A stretch of 64,000 bases of DNA. Origin: Bacteroidetes bacterium GWF2_35_48. GTDB lineage: Bacteria; Bacteroidota; Bacteroidia; Bacteroidales; GWF2-35-48. A program made the position numbers and the translations under genes. This document shows, in pieces, positions 38,206 to 47,867 of this stretch (positions are counted from its first letter, which is position 1; each line of letters begins with the position of its first letter). The notes beneath the pieces were generated by a model. That model saw nothing but the letters and a program-made list of their open reading frames with translations, was not told where the DNA came from and searched no databases. The stretch spans positions 18,747-82,746 of the forward strand of contig MEOG01000082.1 in assembly GCA_001769125.1 (NCBI GenBank), in the 5' to 3' direction.

Positions 38206-39013
38206 ATGATATTGCAGCATTCTCCAACTCATTAATTTTTTCCATGGCTACAGCGCCTGCAACAACAGAAACAATTGCAGCAAAAGGAGCGAGCAGTGTT
38301 CCTATTCCACAAAGAGGCATTATTATCAACAACGAAAGAACCATGCCATTTCCAATTACCACCCATTTATATTTTCTAAGGATTCTTACACTCTGCGAAA
38401 TATTTCTTTTTCTTCTTTCATTACTGTAATCCATAAATGAGAAACCGTAAAAATAAGATGTAATAAAGAAAATAATTATCGGGCTGATGATTGCAATGAG
38501 CCATCCCAAAACAGGAATGATTGAAAGCAAAAGCAGTCCAAGCACAATAGATAATTGAATTAGCAAATTACGGATCGCAATAAGAACGCCACGTACAACA
38601 TCGCGCATTAATTGATTAATGTTAAAGGGATAATTTTTTTCGGTACTAATTTTTTCGGTTTTTTCTGATAAAAATGCAAGAACCGGAGACATTATTATAA
38701 GAATAATAAATCCACCGAAATAAGAAAACAGGAAAAAGAAAATGAATTTAAAAATTATCCAGAGAACGCCGGTCATAACGCTTTTGAGAATTCCGGAGCC
38801 CCAGAATGTTGCATTTTCGATATTTGTTGCCTGAAAAATTTCGGTTTTAACCCAATCTGTAAGAATTTCAATCGAGCTAAAACCTGCAGCAAATAGTGCT
38901 ATCAATAACAATAGTGGAAAGAGAAAAGCCCACCAGAGACTTTTTGAGAAGATAATAGAAAAAGCATTTCCATAAGTAGAAAAACCTAATCCTAATTGTG
39001 AGAAAAATTTCAT
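38204..39013 (-). CDS. EI24/CysZ-like domain membrane protein
   Basis: 269 aa, about 6 TM. Central ..IMSPVLAFLSEKTEK.. motif resembles the EI24 domain. Confidence 0.55.
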   Translation of the reverse strand: MKFFSQLGLGFSTYGNAFSIIFSKSLWWAFLFPLLLLIALFAAGFSSIEILTDWVKTEIFQATNIENATFWGSGILKSVMTGVLWIIFKFIFFFLFSYFGGFIILIIMSPVLAFLSEKTEKISTEKNYPFNINQLMRDVVRGVLIAIRNLLIQLSIVLGLLLLSIIPVLGWLIAIISPIIIFFITSYFYGFSFMDYSNERRKRNISQSVRILRKYKWVVIGNGMVLSLLIIMPLCGIGTLLAPFAAIVSVVAGAVAMEKINELENAAIS

Positions 39014-39087
39014 GTGGTATTTTTATTTACAAATTTAAGAATTTTTTATGATTTTGTATTTTATCTGAAAAAATGTATTGAGGAGAT

Positions 39088-39292
39088 ACTCAATAGATTT
39101 ACAATTGTTGGTTCAATAGATGTTCGGTAGATGTACAATAGATGTTCGATAGTGCAACGATAGATGTACAATTGTTTATTCGATAGGTGTACAATTGCTT
39201 CTTCAATAGATGTACAATAGATATTCAATAGAGGTACAATTGTATTTCTATCGAATTCCTATTGTATTCCTATTGAACATCTATTCCATTCC
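39088..39292. repeat. array of about 18 degenerate 11-nt units (..CAATAGATG / GTACAATTG..); the last units are inverted
   Basis: Direct reading: GTTCGGTAGAT GTACAATAGAT GTTCGATAGTG CAACGATAGAT GTACAATTGTT ... then TTCCTATTGTA TTCCTATTGAA CATCTATTCCA. Shares an identical 22-mer with 57519-57540. Confidence 0.85.
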
Positions 39293-39405
39293 GCATAATT
39301 CATATATTTTACGATATCATTTTTCATACCTATATTACGAATTTATTATAATTTCATTTTATTGAAACGCATTTTTACTAATTTAGCAGACAAAAAAATA
39401 CAACT

Positions 39406-40749
39406 ATGCAAAAAGCAAATCTAATGGCAATATCGCCTGTTGACGGCAGGTATAAAAAACAAGTAACGGAGCTTGAAGAATATTTTTCGGAATTTGGCCT
39501 CATCAAGTACAGAGTGATGGTTGAGGTGGAGTATTTTATTTTTCTCTGCAAAATTCCCCTTCCACAATTAAAAAATTTTTCTTCAAAAAATTTCGATAAA
39601 CTTCAAAATATTTATCTTGATTTTTCTCCTGAGCAAGCAATACAAATTAAAGAAATAGAACGCACAACAAATCATGATGTAAAAGCGGTTGAATATTTTC
39701 TTAAAGAACAATTTGATGAGCTTGAGCTAAAGGAATACAAAGAATTCATACATTTTGGACTCACATCTCAGGATATTAATAATACGGCTATTCCTTATAC
39801 TTTAAAACAAGCTGTAACTAAATCTTACTATCCGTTATTATCACATATAATCGGGAAATTGAATGCTCTTGCTGAAGATTGGAAAGACATTCCAATGCTT
39901 GCAAGAACACATGGGCAACCGGCTTCTCCCACGCGACTTGGCAAAGAAATCGCTGTTTTTGTAGAACGGCTCGAAAAACAATTTACTTCTCTTAAACAAA
40001 TTCCTTATGCAGCAAAATTCGGCGGTGCTACAGGAAATTTCAACGCACATCATGTGGCTTATCCTGAAATAAACTGGGTAAAATTCGGAAATACGTTTGT
40101 GAACGATGTTCTTGGACTGAGCCGTTCGCAGCTTACAACTCAAATAGAACATTACGATTATATGGCGGCTTTATTTGATAATCTCAAACGCATTAACACC
40201 ATTTTAATTGACCTTAACCGCGATTTTTGGACATATATTTCTATGGATTACTTTAAACAGAAAATCGCTCAAAACGAAGTCGGATCGTCTGCTATGCCAC
40301 ATAAAGTAAATCCAATTGATTTTGAAAATTCTGAAGGAAATCTGGGAATGGCAAATGCAATATATGAGCATTTGTCAGCAAAATTACCAGTTTCAAGATT
40401 GCAGCGTGACCTTACAGATTCTACTGTTACAAGAAATATTGGAGTTCCGGTTGCACATTCAATTATTGCCATGAAGTCGCTTTTAAAAGGACTAGAAAAA
40501 GTTGTTTTAAATGAACCCGCGATTCATGCTGATCTTGAAAAAAACTGGGTGGTTGTTGCAGAAGCAATTCAAACTGTTTTACGACGAGAGGGATATCCAA
40601 ATCCGTATGAAGCATTGAAACAGCTTACACGAAAAAACGAAGCGATTACAAAGAATTCTATTCATGAATTTATTCAGCAATTACAAATTAAAGATGATTT
40701 AAAACAGGAACTGATGAATATTACACCGTGGAATTATACGGGTATTTAA
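39406..40749 (+). CDS. purB: adenylosuccinate lyase
   Basis: 447 aa. ISPVDGRY, GLTSQDINN and signature GSSAMPHKVNP. Confidence 0.95.
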   Translation: MQKANLMAISPVDGRYKKQVTELEEYFSEFGLIKYRVMVEVEYFIFLCKIPLPQLKNFSSKNFDKLQNIYLDFSPEQAIQIKEIERTTNHDVKAVEYFLKEQFDELELKEYKEFIHFGLTSQDINNTAIPYTLKQAVTKSYYPLLSHIIGKLNALAEDWKDIPMLARTHGQPASPTRLGKEIAVFVERLEKQFTSLKQIPYAAKFGGATGNFNAHHVAYPEINWVKFGNTFVNDVLGLSRSQLTTQIEHYDYMAALFDNLKRINTILIDLNRDFWTYISMDYFKQKIAQNEVGSSAMPHKVNPIDFENSEGNLGMANAIYEHLSAKLPVSRLQRDLTDSTVTRNIGVPVAHSIIAMKSLLKGLEKVVLNEPAIHADLEKNWVVVAEAIQTVLRREGYPNPYEALKQLTRKNEAITKNSIHEFIQQLQIKDDLKQELMNITPWNYTGI

Positions 40750-40817
40750 AGTGTGTGTAAATACGAGGCATTGCCTCGTATCAACACACATAGATTCTAA
40801 TTTTAAATTTCAAACCT

Positions 40818-41612
40818 ATGCTAAAACCCATATTTATAATTCCCCTGATTTTATCATTCTTCACAATTCCTTTTTTGAAGAAAAAAGAGGTACTTCCTCC
40901 GGGTTGTGTGAAAATCGAAGAAAATGTTTTCATAGACCAGACAGAGGTTAGAAATGTGGATTACCGTGAATTCATGCACTGGTTAAAACGTAAGCACGGA
41001 GAGCGTTCTGACGAATACCAAACCATGCTGCCTGATACAAATTTATGGGTAATTTTTAAAGCACATAAAATAAGTTATTTTAGAAGTGGTGCATATCATT
41101 TTTATCCCGTGGTAGGCGTTTCGTATGATCAAGCTGTAGCTTATTGTAAATGGAGATCCGACCGTGTAAATGAATATTTTTATCTGAATGAAAACAAATT
41201 TTCTTTTAAAGTTCTTGACACTTTAAAAATTGAAAATGTCCCCCGGATTTTTGAATACAGATTGCCAACACGTAAGGAATGGGAACAAGTGGCAAAGACA
41301 GAATACGATCCCAAAGAATTGAAAAAAATTGAAAGAAAAAAACTCGAAACAGGTCAGTTTTTCGATCCAAACCGTACAAAAAGAAGTGATGTGAAAGTTG
41401 TGATAGCCAAATGTGGAGTCTTTCCTCCTAATGCATTACAAGTGTTTGAGATTTTTGGAAATGTTGCAGAAATGATTGATGAAAAAGGCATTGCAAAAGG
41501 TGGAAGCTGGAAACATCCCAAAGAAGAATGTACGGTAGAAAAAGATTTTACGTATGATATTCCAAATAATTGGCTCGGATTTCGCTGCGCCTGTAATAAA
41601 GTGGGACTGTAG
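40818..41612 (+). CDS. formylglycine-generating-enzyme family (SUMF1/EgtB/PvdO) protein
   Basis: N-terminal signal/anchor. ..YPVVGVSYDQAVAYCKWR.., YRLPTRKEWE, GNVAEM...KGGSW. Confidence 0.75.
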   Translation: MLKPIFIIPLILSFFTIPFLKKKEVLPPGCVKIEENVFIDQTEVRNVDYREFMHWLKRKHGERSDEYQTMLPDTNLWVIFKAHKISYFRSGAYHFYPVVGVSYDQAVAYCKWRSDRVNEYFYLNENKFSFKVLDTLKIENVPRIFEYRLPTRKEWEQVAKTEYDPKELKKIERKKLETGQFFDPNRTKRSDVKVVIAKCGVFPPNALQVFEIFGNVAEMIDEKGIAKGGSWKHPKEECTVEKDFTYDIPNNWLGFRCACNKVGL

Positions 41613-41613
41613 G

Positions 41614-41631
41614 CTTGTCCCATGGGACAAG
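41614..41631. repeat. perfect 18-nt palindrome centred on CCATGG
   Basis: CTTGTCCCATGGGACAAG, 2 nt after the stop of the FGE-like gene. Confidence 0.9.
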
Positions 41632-41662
41632 CGTACCAGCCCCAAAAATTTTATTAAAAAAC

Positions 41663-43288
41663 ATGAAACAAATAAATCAAAAAATTCGCACTTTCATTCC
41701 TGAAGATTTTTCTCAGGTAAATGAACTCTGGTCGCAAACCGGAATGGGCGGCGCACACAGGGGAGATAATCTTGAAATTATTCAGCAAACAATTGAAAGT
41801 GGAGGAAAGCTTTTGGTAATGGAAGAAATATCCACCCAGAAAATCATCGGCACCTCATGGCTCACAAACGACAAACGCAGAATTTATCTACATCATTTTG
41901 GAATTCTTCCCGAATATCAGGATAAGGGTTTATCAAAACCACTTATGATTGAATCCATGAAATTTGCCAAAGAAACAGGGCTTCAGGTAAAGCTTGAAGT
42001 ACACCGTGACAATTCACGCGCAATAAATCTCTACGAAAAAATGGGTTTTAAATACCTGGGCGATTATGATGTGTATATTGTTAGAGATATCGAGAAGAAT
42101 GTATCATCGCCCCATGGGGCGATGCTTACACTTCTTCTCTTTCTATTCATTACAATCAACTCTCTATCTTTCGCACAGGAAATCCCCTTCATAAAAAACG
42201 ATTGGCAAAAGGCCGTTGATGAGGCAAAAAAACGAAACAAATATTTATTTCTGGATGCATACACAGACTGGTGTGGATGGTGCAAAACAATGGATAAAGA
42301 AACTTTTGCTGACAAAAATGTTGCAGAATTTATGAATGCAAATTTTATCCCTTTGAAAATGGAAATGGAAAGCGGTTATGGCATAAATTTATCTATGAAA
42401 TACCGTATCAGCGGATTTCCGACATTTCTTGTATTCAATCCTGAAGGGCAATACGTGTATCAGATAGTAGGTTTTAAAAAGCCCGGACCTTTTCTCGAAG
42501 AACTGAAAAAGTCGTTGGATAAAAATAATCAGAGCATACGCAAAGGCGTTTCAACGAAAGTAGATTTAGAATATCCTGAGTTTTACAAATTATCTTTTGG
42601 AAAAGGGAAAGAACGTAAAATGCCTGATACGGCTACTGTAAACAAATTTCTTGCTTCGCAGGCAGACTTGTTTTCTGAAATCAGCTGGGCGGTTTATTGC
42701 AGGTTTCAATGCGCTCCCAAATATCATTTTCATTTTCTGGAAAATATGAAAAAGTATGAGGAAAATTTTGGTAAAGATGATGTAAAGGCGCAACTCGACC
42801 ACCTGCTGAATATTGAGCTACAGTCATGCATTAAAACAAAAAATAAAAAGCAATTTGATCAGATTATTTTGATAATTGATAAGTATGTAAATGATGACAA
42901 AGAAAAAACAAAACTGTTTTACAAAATTGCATATCATCAGGGCATGAAAGAATGGGAAGAATATGCAAAAACCGCTGACCAGCTTATAAGCTCCGGAGGC
43001 ATTACTGACGAAGGCTATATAAATCAGTACAGTTGGATTATCTATGAAAATTCCGATAATAAAATCGCCATTGAAACCGCTATCAAATGGATGAAAAAAA
43101 TAATTGAACAAAAAGATTACTGGGCATTTTTCGATACGTATGCAGCACTGCTTTTTAAAAACAAACAGTACGATGAAGCAGAAAAATGGATAAATGAAGC
43201 TATTGAAAAAGGAAAAGCAGAAAATCAAAATGTAAAAGAATCGGAAGAATTATTGGTGAAGATTATAGAGGCTAAAAAAAAACAGTAA
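41663..43288 (+). CDS. single ORF joining a GNAT N-acetyltransferase domain to a signal-peptide-bearing thioredoxin-like (WCGWC) + TPR-like protein
   Basis: aa 1-~150: GNAT motifs (HHFGILPEYQDKGLSKPL, INLYEKMGF). Then SSPHGAM, encoded by palindrome 42105-42124. Then MLTLLLFLFITINSLSFAQ signal peptide, a thioredoxin-fold YTDWCGWCK and a helical repeat tail. An alternative second start is ATG 42122. Confidence 0.7.
   Translation: MKQINQKIRTFIPEDFSQVNELWSQTGMGGAHRGDNLEIIQQTIESGGKLLVMEEISTQKIIGTSWLTNDKRRIYLHHFGILPEYQDKGLSKPLMIESMKFAKETGLQVKLEVHRDNSRAINLYEKMGFKYLGDYDVYIVRDIEKNVSSPHGAMLTLLLFLFITINSLSFAQEIPFIKNDWQKAVDEAKKRNKYLFLDAYTDWCGWCKTMDKETFADKNVAEFMNANFIPLKMEMESGYGINLSMKYRISGFPTFLVFNPEGQYVYQIVGFKKPGPFLEELKKSLDKNNQSIRKGVSTKVDLEYPEFYKLSFGKGKERKMPDTATVNKFLASQADLFSEISWAVYCRFQCAPKYHFHFLENMKKYEENFGKDDVKAQLDHLLNIELQSCIKTKNKKQFDQIILIIDKYVNDDKEKTKLFYKIAYHQGMKEWEEYAKTADQLISSGGITDEGYINQYSWIIYENSDNKIAIETAIKWMKKIIEQKDYWAFFDTYAALLFKNKQYDEAEKWINEAIEKGKAENQNVKESEELLVKIIEAKKKQ
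42105..42124. repeat. perfect 20-nt palindrome centred on CCATGG, inside the ORF
   Basis: CATCGCCCCATGGGGCGATG. The 3' arm supplies the ATG at 42122. Confidence 0.95.
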
Positions 43289-43326
43289 GTTTTTTCATCT
43301 AAAAATATTCTGTAAAAAGTTAAACA

Positions 43327-43620
43327 ATGGACAGATTAGAAGAAATTCCAATCAACATATTTCAACTAAATATTCTTTTAGATGAAAATGAAAAAGACGG
43401 TTTTGAATATATAAAAAACAATAATGTTTATTGTGTTACATGTAAGAAAATGTGCGTAAAAGGAATCGAAATAAAAGAAATGTATTTAACATCTCTGAAC
43501 GATATTAAAATTTGTGGTATTTGTAATAAATGCAAGAACAAAGTAACACGAATACTTGAATTTGGAGAGAATAAAAGGTTTTTCAATAACGCAAATAAAT
43601 TCAGAAAATCTATACAATGA
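43327..43620 (+). CDS. small Cys-rich hypothetical protein (putative zinc ribbon)
   Basis: 97 aa with CVTCKKMC ... CGICNKCKNK. 4-nt overlap with the downstream peptidase gene. Confidence 0.45.
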   Translation: MDRLEEIPINIFQLNILLDENEKDGFEYIKNNNVYCVTCKKMCVKGIEIKEMYLTSLNDIKICGICNKCKNKVTRILEFGENKRFFNNANKFRKSIQ

Positions 43621-45416
43621 TGAAACACAAATTTCTTCAATTTGCGCTGTTTTTTTTAATAGTTTCAACATCCAGTATACATGCGCAAACACAACAGTTT
43701 TCACCAGATATTCAGTCGAAAGATCTGAAACATATTGTATCGTTTCTTGCTTCCGATGAGCTTAAAGGAAGAATGACTGGCAGCGCCGAAGATTTGAAAG
43801 CGGCAGAATACATACGGGATTACATGCGTAATGCAAAGCTAAAGCCATTGGCAGAGGGCGGGTTTCAACACTTTTATGCAATAACAGATGTAAAACCCGG
43901 GAAAAACAATTCGTTATCTGCTGAGAATTTCGTTGGTAAGCTGGGTGTTGATTTCAACCCGGTTTCTTTTTCTGCAAACGCAAGTTTAGAGGCAGGTCTT
44001 GTATTTGTGGGCTATGGCTACAATATAAATAAAGACAGTCTTCAATGGAACGATTATAAAAATGTGGATGTAAAAGGCAAATGGGTAATGATTATGAGAG
44101 GCGATCCGGAGCCGGATAATATGGCAAGCCCCTATATGGAATACAGTCAGGAACGCTTTAAAGTGAATGTTGCAAAAGAACAAGGCGCTGCCGGAGTTAT
44201 TTTCATAACCGGAAGAATACAGCAAAATGAAGATAAGTTACCATCTGTATTCTTTGATAAAACCTTATCTGATGCGGGAATCCCGGTAATCAGCGTAACA
44301 AGGGGTGTTGCAGAAAAACTATTTGAAAAATACGGCAAATCATTTATTGAAACGGAGGTTACGATAAGCAATTTCAAACAACAAATCTCTTTTGAAACAG
44401 GATATACAGTTAAAGCGCAAGCAGACGTAGAGCATACAAAAGTTCGTACACAAAATGTTTGTTTTTTACTTGAAGGAAATGATTCTTTGCTGAAAAAAGA
44501 ATACCTTGTAATCGGAGCGCATTTTGATCATCTGGGCATGGGAGGAAAAGGAAGCGGGTCGCGTATGCCCGATACCGTTGCAGTACATAACGGAGCAGAT
44601 GACAATGCAAGCGGTGTAGCAGCTATAATGGAGCTTGCCTCAGCTTTTTCTTTTGATAAAAAAGCATTGAAACGGAGTATTATTTTTGTGGCTTTTTCAG
44701 GAGAAGAAATGGGCATGCTGGGCTCTAAAGAATTTATTAAAAACTCTCCCGTTCCTTTACCACAAATAAAAGCCATGATTAATTTTGATATGATAGGCAG
44801 ACTGCGAAACGACTCGAAAAGTGTTTCTATCAGTGGTACAGGAACAGCAAAAGAATGGGAAGAAATTTTAAACAAATACAAAACAAATTCTGTATTCGAT
44901 ATCAGCTTCAGCCCCGATGGCTACGGTCCTTCTGATCATGCGCCTTTCTATGCAGAAAATATTCCGGTACTTTTTATCACAACTGGCGCACACGAAGACT
45001 ATCACACACCTTTTGACGATACCGAAAAATTAGATTTCAAAAGTATGGAAGGAATTATTTCATACGCTAAAAATGTTATTACGCATATAACAGATGCTCC
45101 TGCTGCTCTAACTTTTCAGGAGTCGGGAACTAAAGAAAAAAACCGCATGAGAGGTCGTCTAAAAGTAACATTAGGAATTATTCCCGATGTAGCAGGTACG
45201 ACAAAAAATGGCTTAGGTGTGGATGGCGTAAAAAAAGACGGTCCAGCAGAAAAAGGCGGTATGAAAAAAGGCGATGTTATAATTGCTATGGATGGACATA
45301 AAATCGGCAATGTATATGATTATATGTTTCAACTTTCAAAATTAGAATCTGGAAAAATAACAATTGTGGAAGTACTGCGCAATGGGAAAAAAGAGGTATT
45401 GCTGGTGCAGCCGTAA
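43617..45416 (+). CDS. M28 family metallopeptidase with PA domain and C-terminal PDZ domain
   Basis: Signal peptide. GAHFDHLG, NGADDNASG, FSGEEMGMLGS, NFDMIG. C-terminal ..GGMKKGDVIIAMDG... Confidence 0.85.
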   Translation: MMKHKFLQFALFFLIVSTSSIHAQTQQFSPDIQSKDLKHIVSFLASDELKGRMTGSAEDLKAAEYIRDYMRNAKLKPLAEGGFQHFYAITDVKPGKNNSLSAENFVGKLGVDFNPVSFSANASLEAGLVFVGYGYNINKDSLQWNDYKNVDVKGKWVMIMRGDPEPDNMASPYMEYSQERFKVNVAKEQGAAGVIFITGRIQQNEDKLPSVFFDKTLSDAGIPVISVTRGVAEKLFEKYGKSFIETEVTISNFKQQISFETGYTVKAQADVEHTKVRTQNVCFLLEGNDSLLKKEYLVIGAHFDHLGMGGKGSGSRMPDTVAVHNGADDNASGVAAIMELASAFSFDKKALKRSIIFVAFSGEEMGMLGSKEFIKNSPVPLPQIKAMINFDMIGRLRNDSKSVSISGTGTAKEWEEILNKYKTNSVFDISFSPDGYGPSDHAPFYAENIPVLFITTGAHEDYHTPFDDTEKLDFKSMEGIISYAKNVITHITDAPAALTFQESGTKEKNRMRGRLKVTLGIIPDVAGTTKNGLGVDGVKKDGPAEKGGMKKGDVIIAMDGHKIGNVYDYMFQLSKLESGKITIVEVLRNGKKEVLLVQP

Positions 45417-45508
45417 GGATGTTTAATATTCAACAACAAAAGAAAAAACACTGTAAATGATTGTTAGTTATTAATCATTACAAAAATAAATAAATAACCT
45501 GTTAAACT

Positions 45509-47056
45509 ATGAAAAATTTTACTACAATATTGATCATACTTGCGATAAACTTTTCTATTTTTTCCCAAGCCCCCGGAACTCCTGATGCCTCTTTTGGAAT
45601 TAACGGAACTGTGATATCAACAATAGGCAATGGGCTTTCATGGTGTAATTCAATTCAAATTCAAAATGATGAAAAAATAATTGCAGCAGGACATTCATTG
45701 AATAATGGATATACTGTAAACACACTGGTAAGATACAATGCTGATGGGAGTATGGATAATAGTTTTGGAACGAATGGCATTGTTACTTTTTTCGTTGGGC
45801 AACAATCGTGGATTAATGACATTGTTTTAAGGAATGATGGAAAAATTCTGACTGCAGGAGTATCTAAAATTAATGATTCAACATACAACTGGACTGTTTC
45901 CAGATATTATACAGATGGAGCACCCGATCTGACTTTTGGCAATAATGGATGCGCATTTGTCAATGTTGAGAATTCTTCACTTTTATATAATATGGAAACG
46001 CAAAGCAATGGTAAAATTGTTGTTACAGGTTATTCAACAAATGGAGTTCAAATGGGGATTTCCTGCGCACGTTTTCTTTCAGATGGTTCACTTGATTCAG
46101 ATTTTGGAAATGGAGGAATATCAATCGTAAAATATCCTGAAAGCCCTGATGTAGAAGCCTGGGCAATGAAACTCGATGCTTCTGATCGTATTGTAACAAC
46201 AGGCATGTTTGCTGATTTGGGCATGGGGCGAAATAAAATTGCTGTAAATCGTTTTTTATCAACAGGTATTCCTGATTCTACATTCGGATTAAATGGCATG
46301 GTTGTTACATCTCTTGGGAACACCGATGATTTTGGAAATGCTCTTGCAATACAGAATGACGGAAAAATTGTTATTGCTGCGAGTTCAATGAATAGGGCTG
46401 TTATAATCAGATATGAAAATAACGGAACATTGGATTCTTCATTTGGGAATAATGGAATAATTATCACTAATTTCGAAACAGGTGAAAATGCAGAAGCGTA
46501 TGGAATAGCAATTCAGCAGGATGGGAAAATAATTGTAACCGGAGTGAGTGGCCCTAATGCGCAAAATGCAAATGGAAATTATGGAATAATAAGACTGAAT
46601 GCAGATGGAACGTTTGATAATTCTTTTGGTACAGAAGGTAAAACAGTTACAGACATCAGCAATGGACATAATGATGTTGCCTTTTCTGTGTTAGAACAAA
46701 ATGATGGGAAAATTGTTGCAGCAGGTATTTCACACAATGGAATCTGTTATAATATTTCTCTTGCACGTTATCATGGGACAGCAACGGGACAGGACATGCT
46801 AAATAGCAAAAACCTTTTTACGGTTTATCCAAATCCTGCAAGTAAATTTATTGTTATTGAAGCTGAGAGCGATTTTTTAATAAATACAAAAATTGAGGTT
46901 ATAAGCCTGATGGGAGAAATTATTATTTCATGCTTTATGAAAAATGAAAATTTTAAAATAGATATTTCAAATTTGGAAGATGGGGTTTATTTTTTGAAGA
47001 CACATTTTTTAAACAAAAATAAAATTCAAAAAATAGTGGTTCAAAACGAGAAATGA
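45509..47056 (+). CDS. delta-60 repeat protein with T9SS C-terminal sorting domain
   Basis: Repeated (P)D.SFG.NG motifs about every 55-60 aa. C-terminal ..FTVYPNPAS...GVYFLK... sorting tail. Confidence 0.8.
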   Translation: MKNFTTILIILAINFSIFSQAPGTPDASFGINGTVISTIGNGLSWCNSIQIQNDEKIIAAGHSLNNGYTVNTLVRYNADGSMDNSFGTNGIVTFFVGQQSWINDIVLRNDGKILTAGVSKINDSTYNWTVSRYYTDGAPDLTFGNNGCAFVNVENSSLLYNMETQSNGKIVVTGYSTNGVQMGISCARFLSDGSLDSDFGNGGISIVKYPESPDVEAWAMKLDASDRIVTTGMFADLGMGRNKIAVNRFLSTGIPDSTFGLNGMVVTSLGNTDDFGNALAIQNDGKIVIAASSMNRAVIIRYENNGTLDSSFGNNGIIITNFETGENAEAYGIAIQQDGKIIVTGVSGPNAQNANGNYGIIRLNADGTFDNSFGTEGKTVTDISNGHNDVAFSVLEQNDGKIVAAGISHNGICYNISLARYHGTATGQDMLNSKNLFTVYPNPASKFIVIEAESDFLINTKIEVISLMGEIIISCFMKNENFKIDISNLEDGVYFLKTHFLNKNKIQKIVVQNEK

Positions 47057-47075
47057 AATTAAAATTTATAAAATT

Positions 47076-47627
47076 TTAAAGTAAGTTCACCATAAACCAC
47101 AACTTAAAGCGAACATTAAATCTATTGCAATAATTAACCATATCCATTCTTACCTTTTCAAGCCAAACAGATTCTTCGTCTTTTGAGGGTTTTGGTTTTA
47201 CAAAAATATTTTTACCCAAGCTCTTCTTGCCATAGCGCATTCCTTTCGCAATATGATTAAAATCGGAAACAGATACTATCATAATTTTTTTCTGAAATTC
47301 AATCTTAATATTATAGTGAATGCTTCCATGAACCTGACCTACATACGTTTTATTTAAAAAAGCATCTGTTGTATCAAAGTTAATATTATGATTGTATAGA
47401 AAAAATCCTTTGCCGGAAAAAATATTTTTATCTTCCGTTTCCTCAATTTTTAATGTATCAGAGGGCTGAATCTTCTTTAATTTCCCTTTAAATATTTTAT
47501 AAACATCATTCTTCGAAAGTTTCCACTTGGAATAAGAAACCGTATCAGAAAAAATATTTGATTGAGAATATGTTTTACTAAAACTAAATAAACAAAATAA
47601 AGCAATTACTAAATATTTTATATTCAT
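47076..47627 (-). CDS. hypothetical secreted protein
   Basis: Signal peptide MNIKYLVIALFCLFSFSKTYSQ. No recognisable domain. Confidence 0.45.
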   Translation of the reverse strand: MNIKYLVIALFCLFSFSKTYSQSNIFSDTVSYSKWKLSKNDVYKIFKGKLKKIQPSDTLKIEETEDKNIFSGKGFFLYNHNINFDTTDAFLNKTYVGQVHGSIHYNIKIEFQKKIMIVSVSDFNHIAKGMRYGKKSLGKNIFVKPKPSKDEESVWLEKVRMDMVNYCNRFNVRFKLWFMVNLL

Positions 47628-47867
47628 AATAAAAAAAATTCGGCTTGGTGGGGGATTTCAAAATTACGATTTAAATGTATTTATTTTTAAAAAGGATATT
47701 GTTTTTATTAACATTCTATTGTTCAAGTAAAGATATAAAGATGTTTTTGGGATGATGAAAAATCAAAACAAAAAAATAATTAACAACCCAGTGTTTATTA
47801 AAATTCGTTTAGGAATAATATCCATTTGTTTTTTTCCTATCTTTGAAAACAAAAAATCAATAAAATT

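Noticed and set aside
39014-39405. Possible replication origin. Genes are mostly on the minus strand to the left and on the plus strand to the right, and the spacer is divergent and repeat-rich.
   Set aside because: I saw no TTATCCACA-type DnaA boxes in the spacer, and no dnaA or dnaN nearby. The same repeat family recurs at 57.4 kb, and several plus-strand genes occur left of the switch. A cumulative GC-skew plot on the full contig would settle it.
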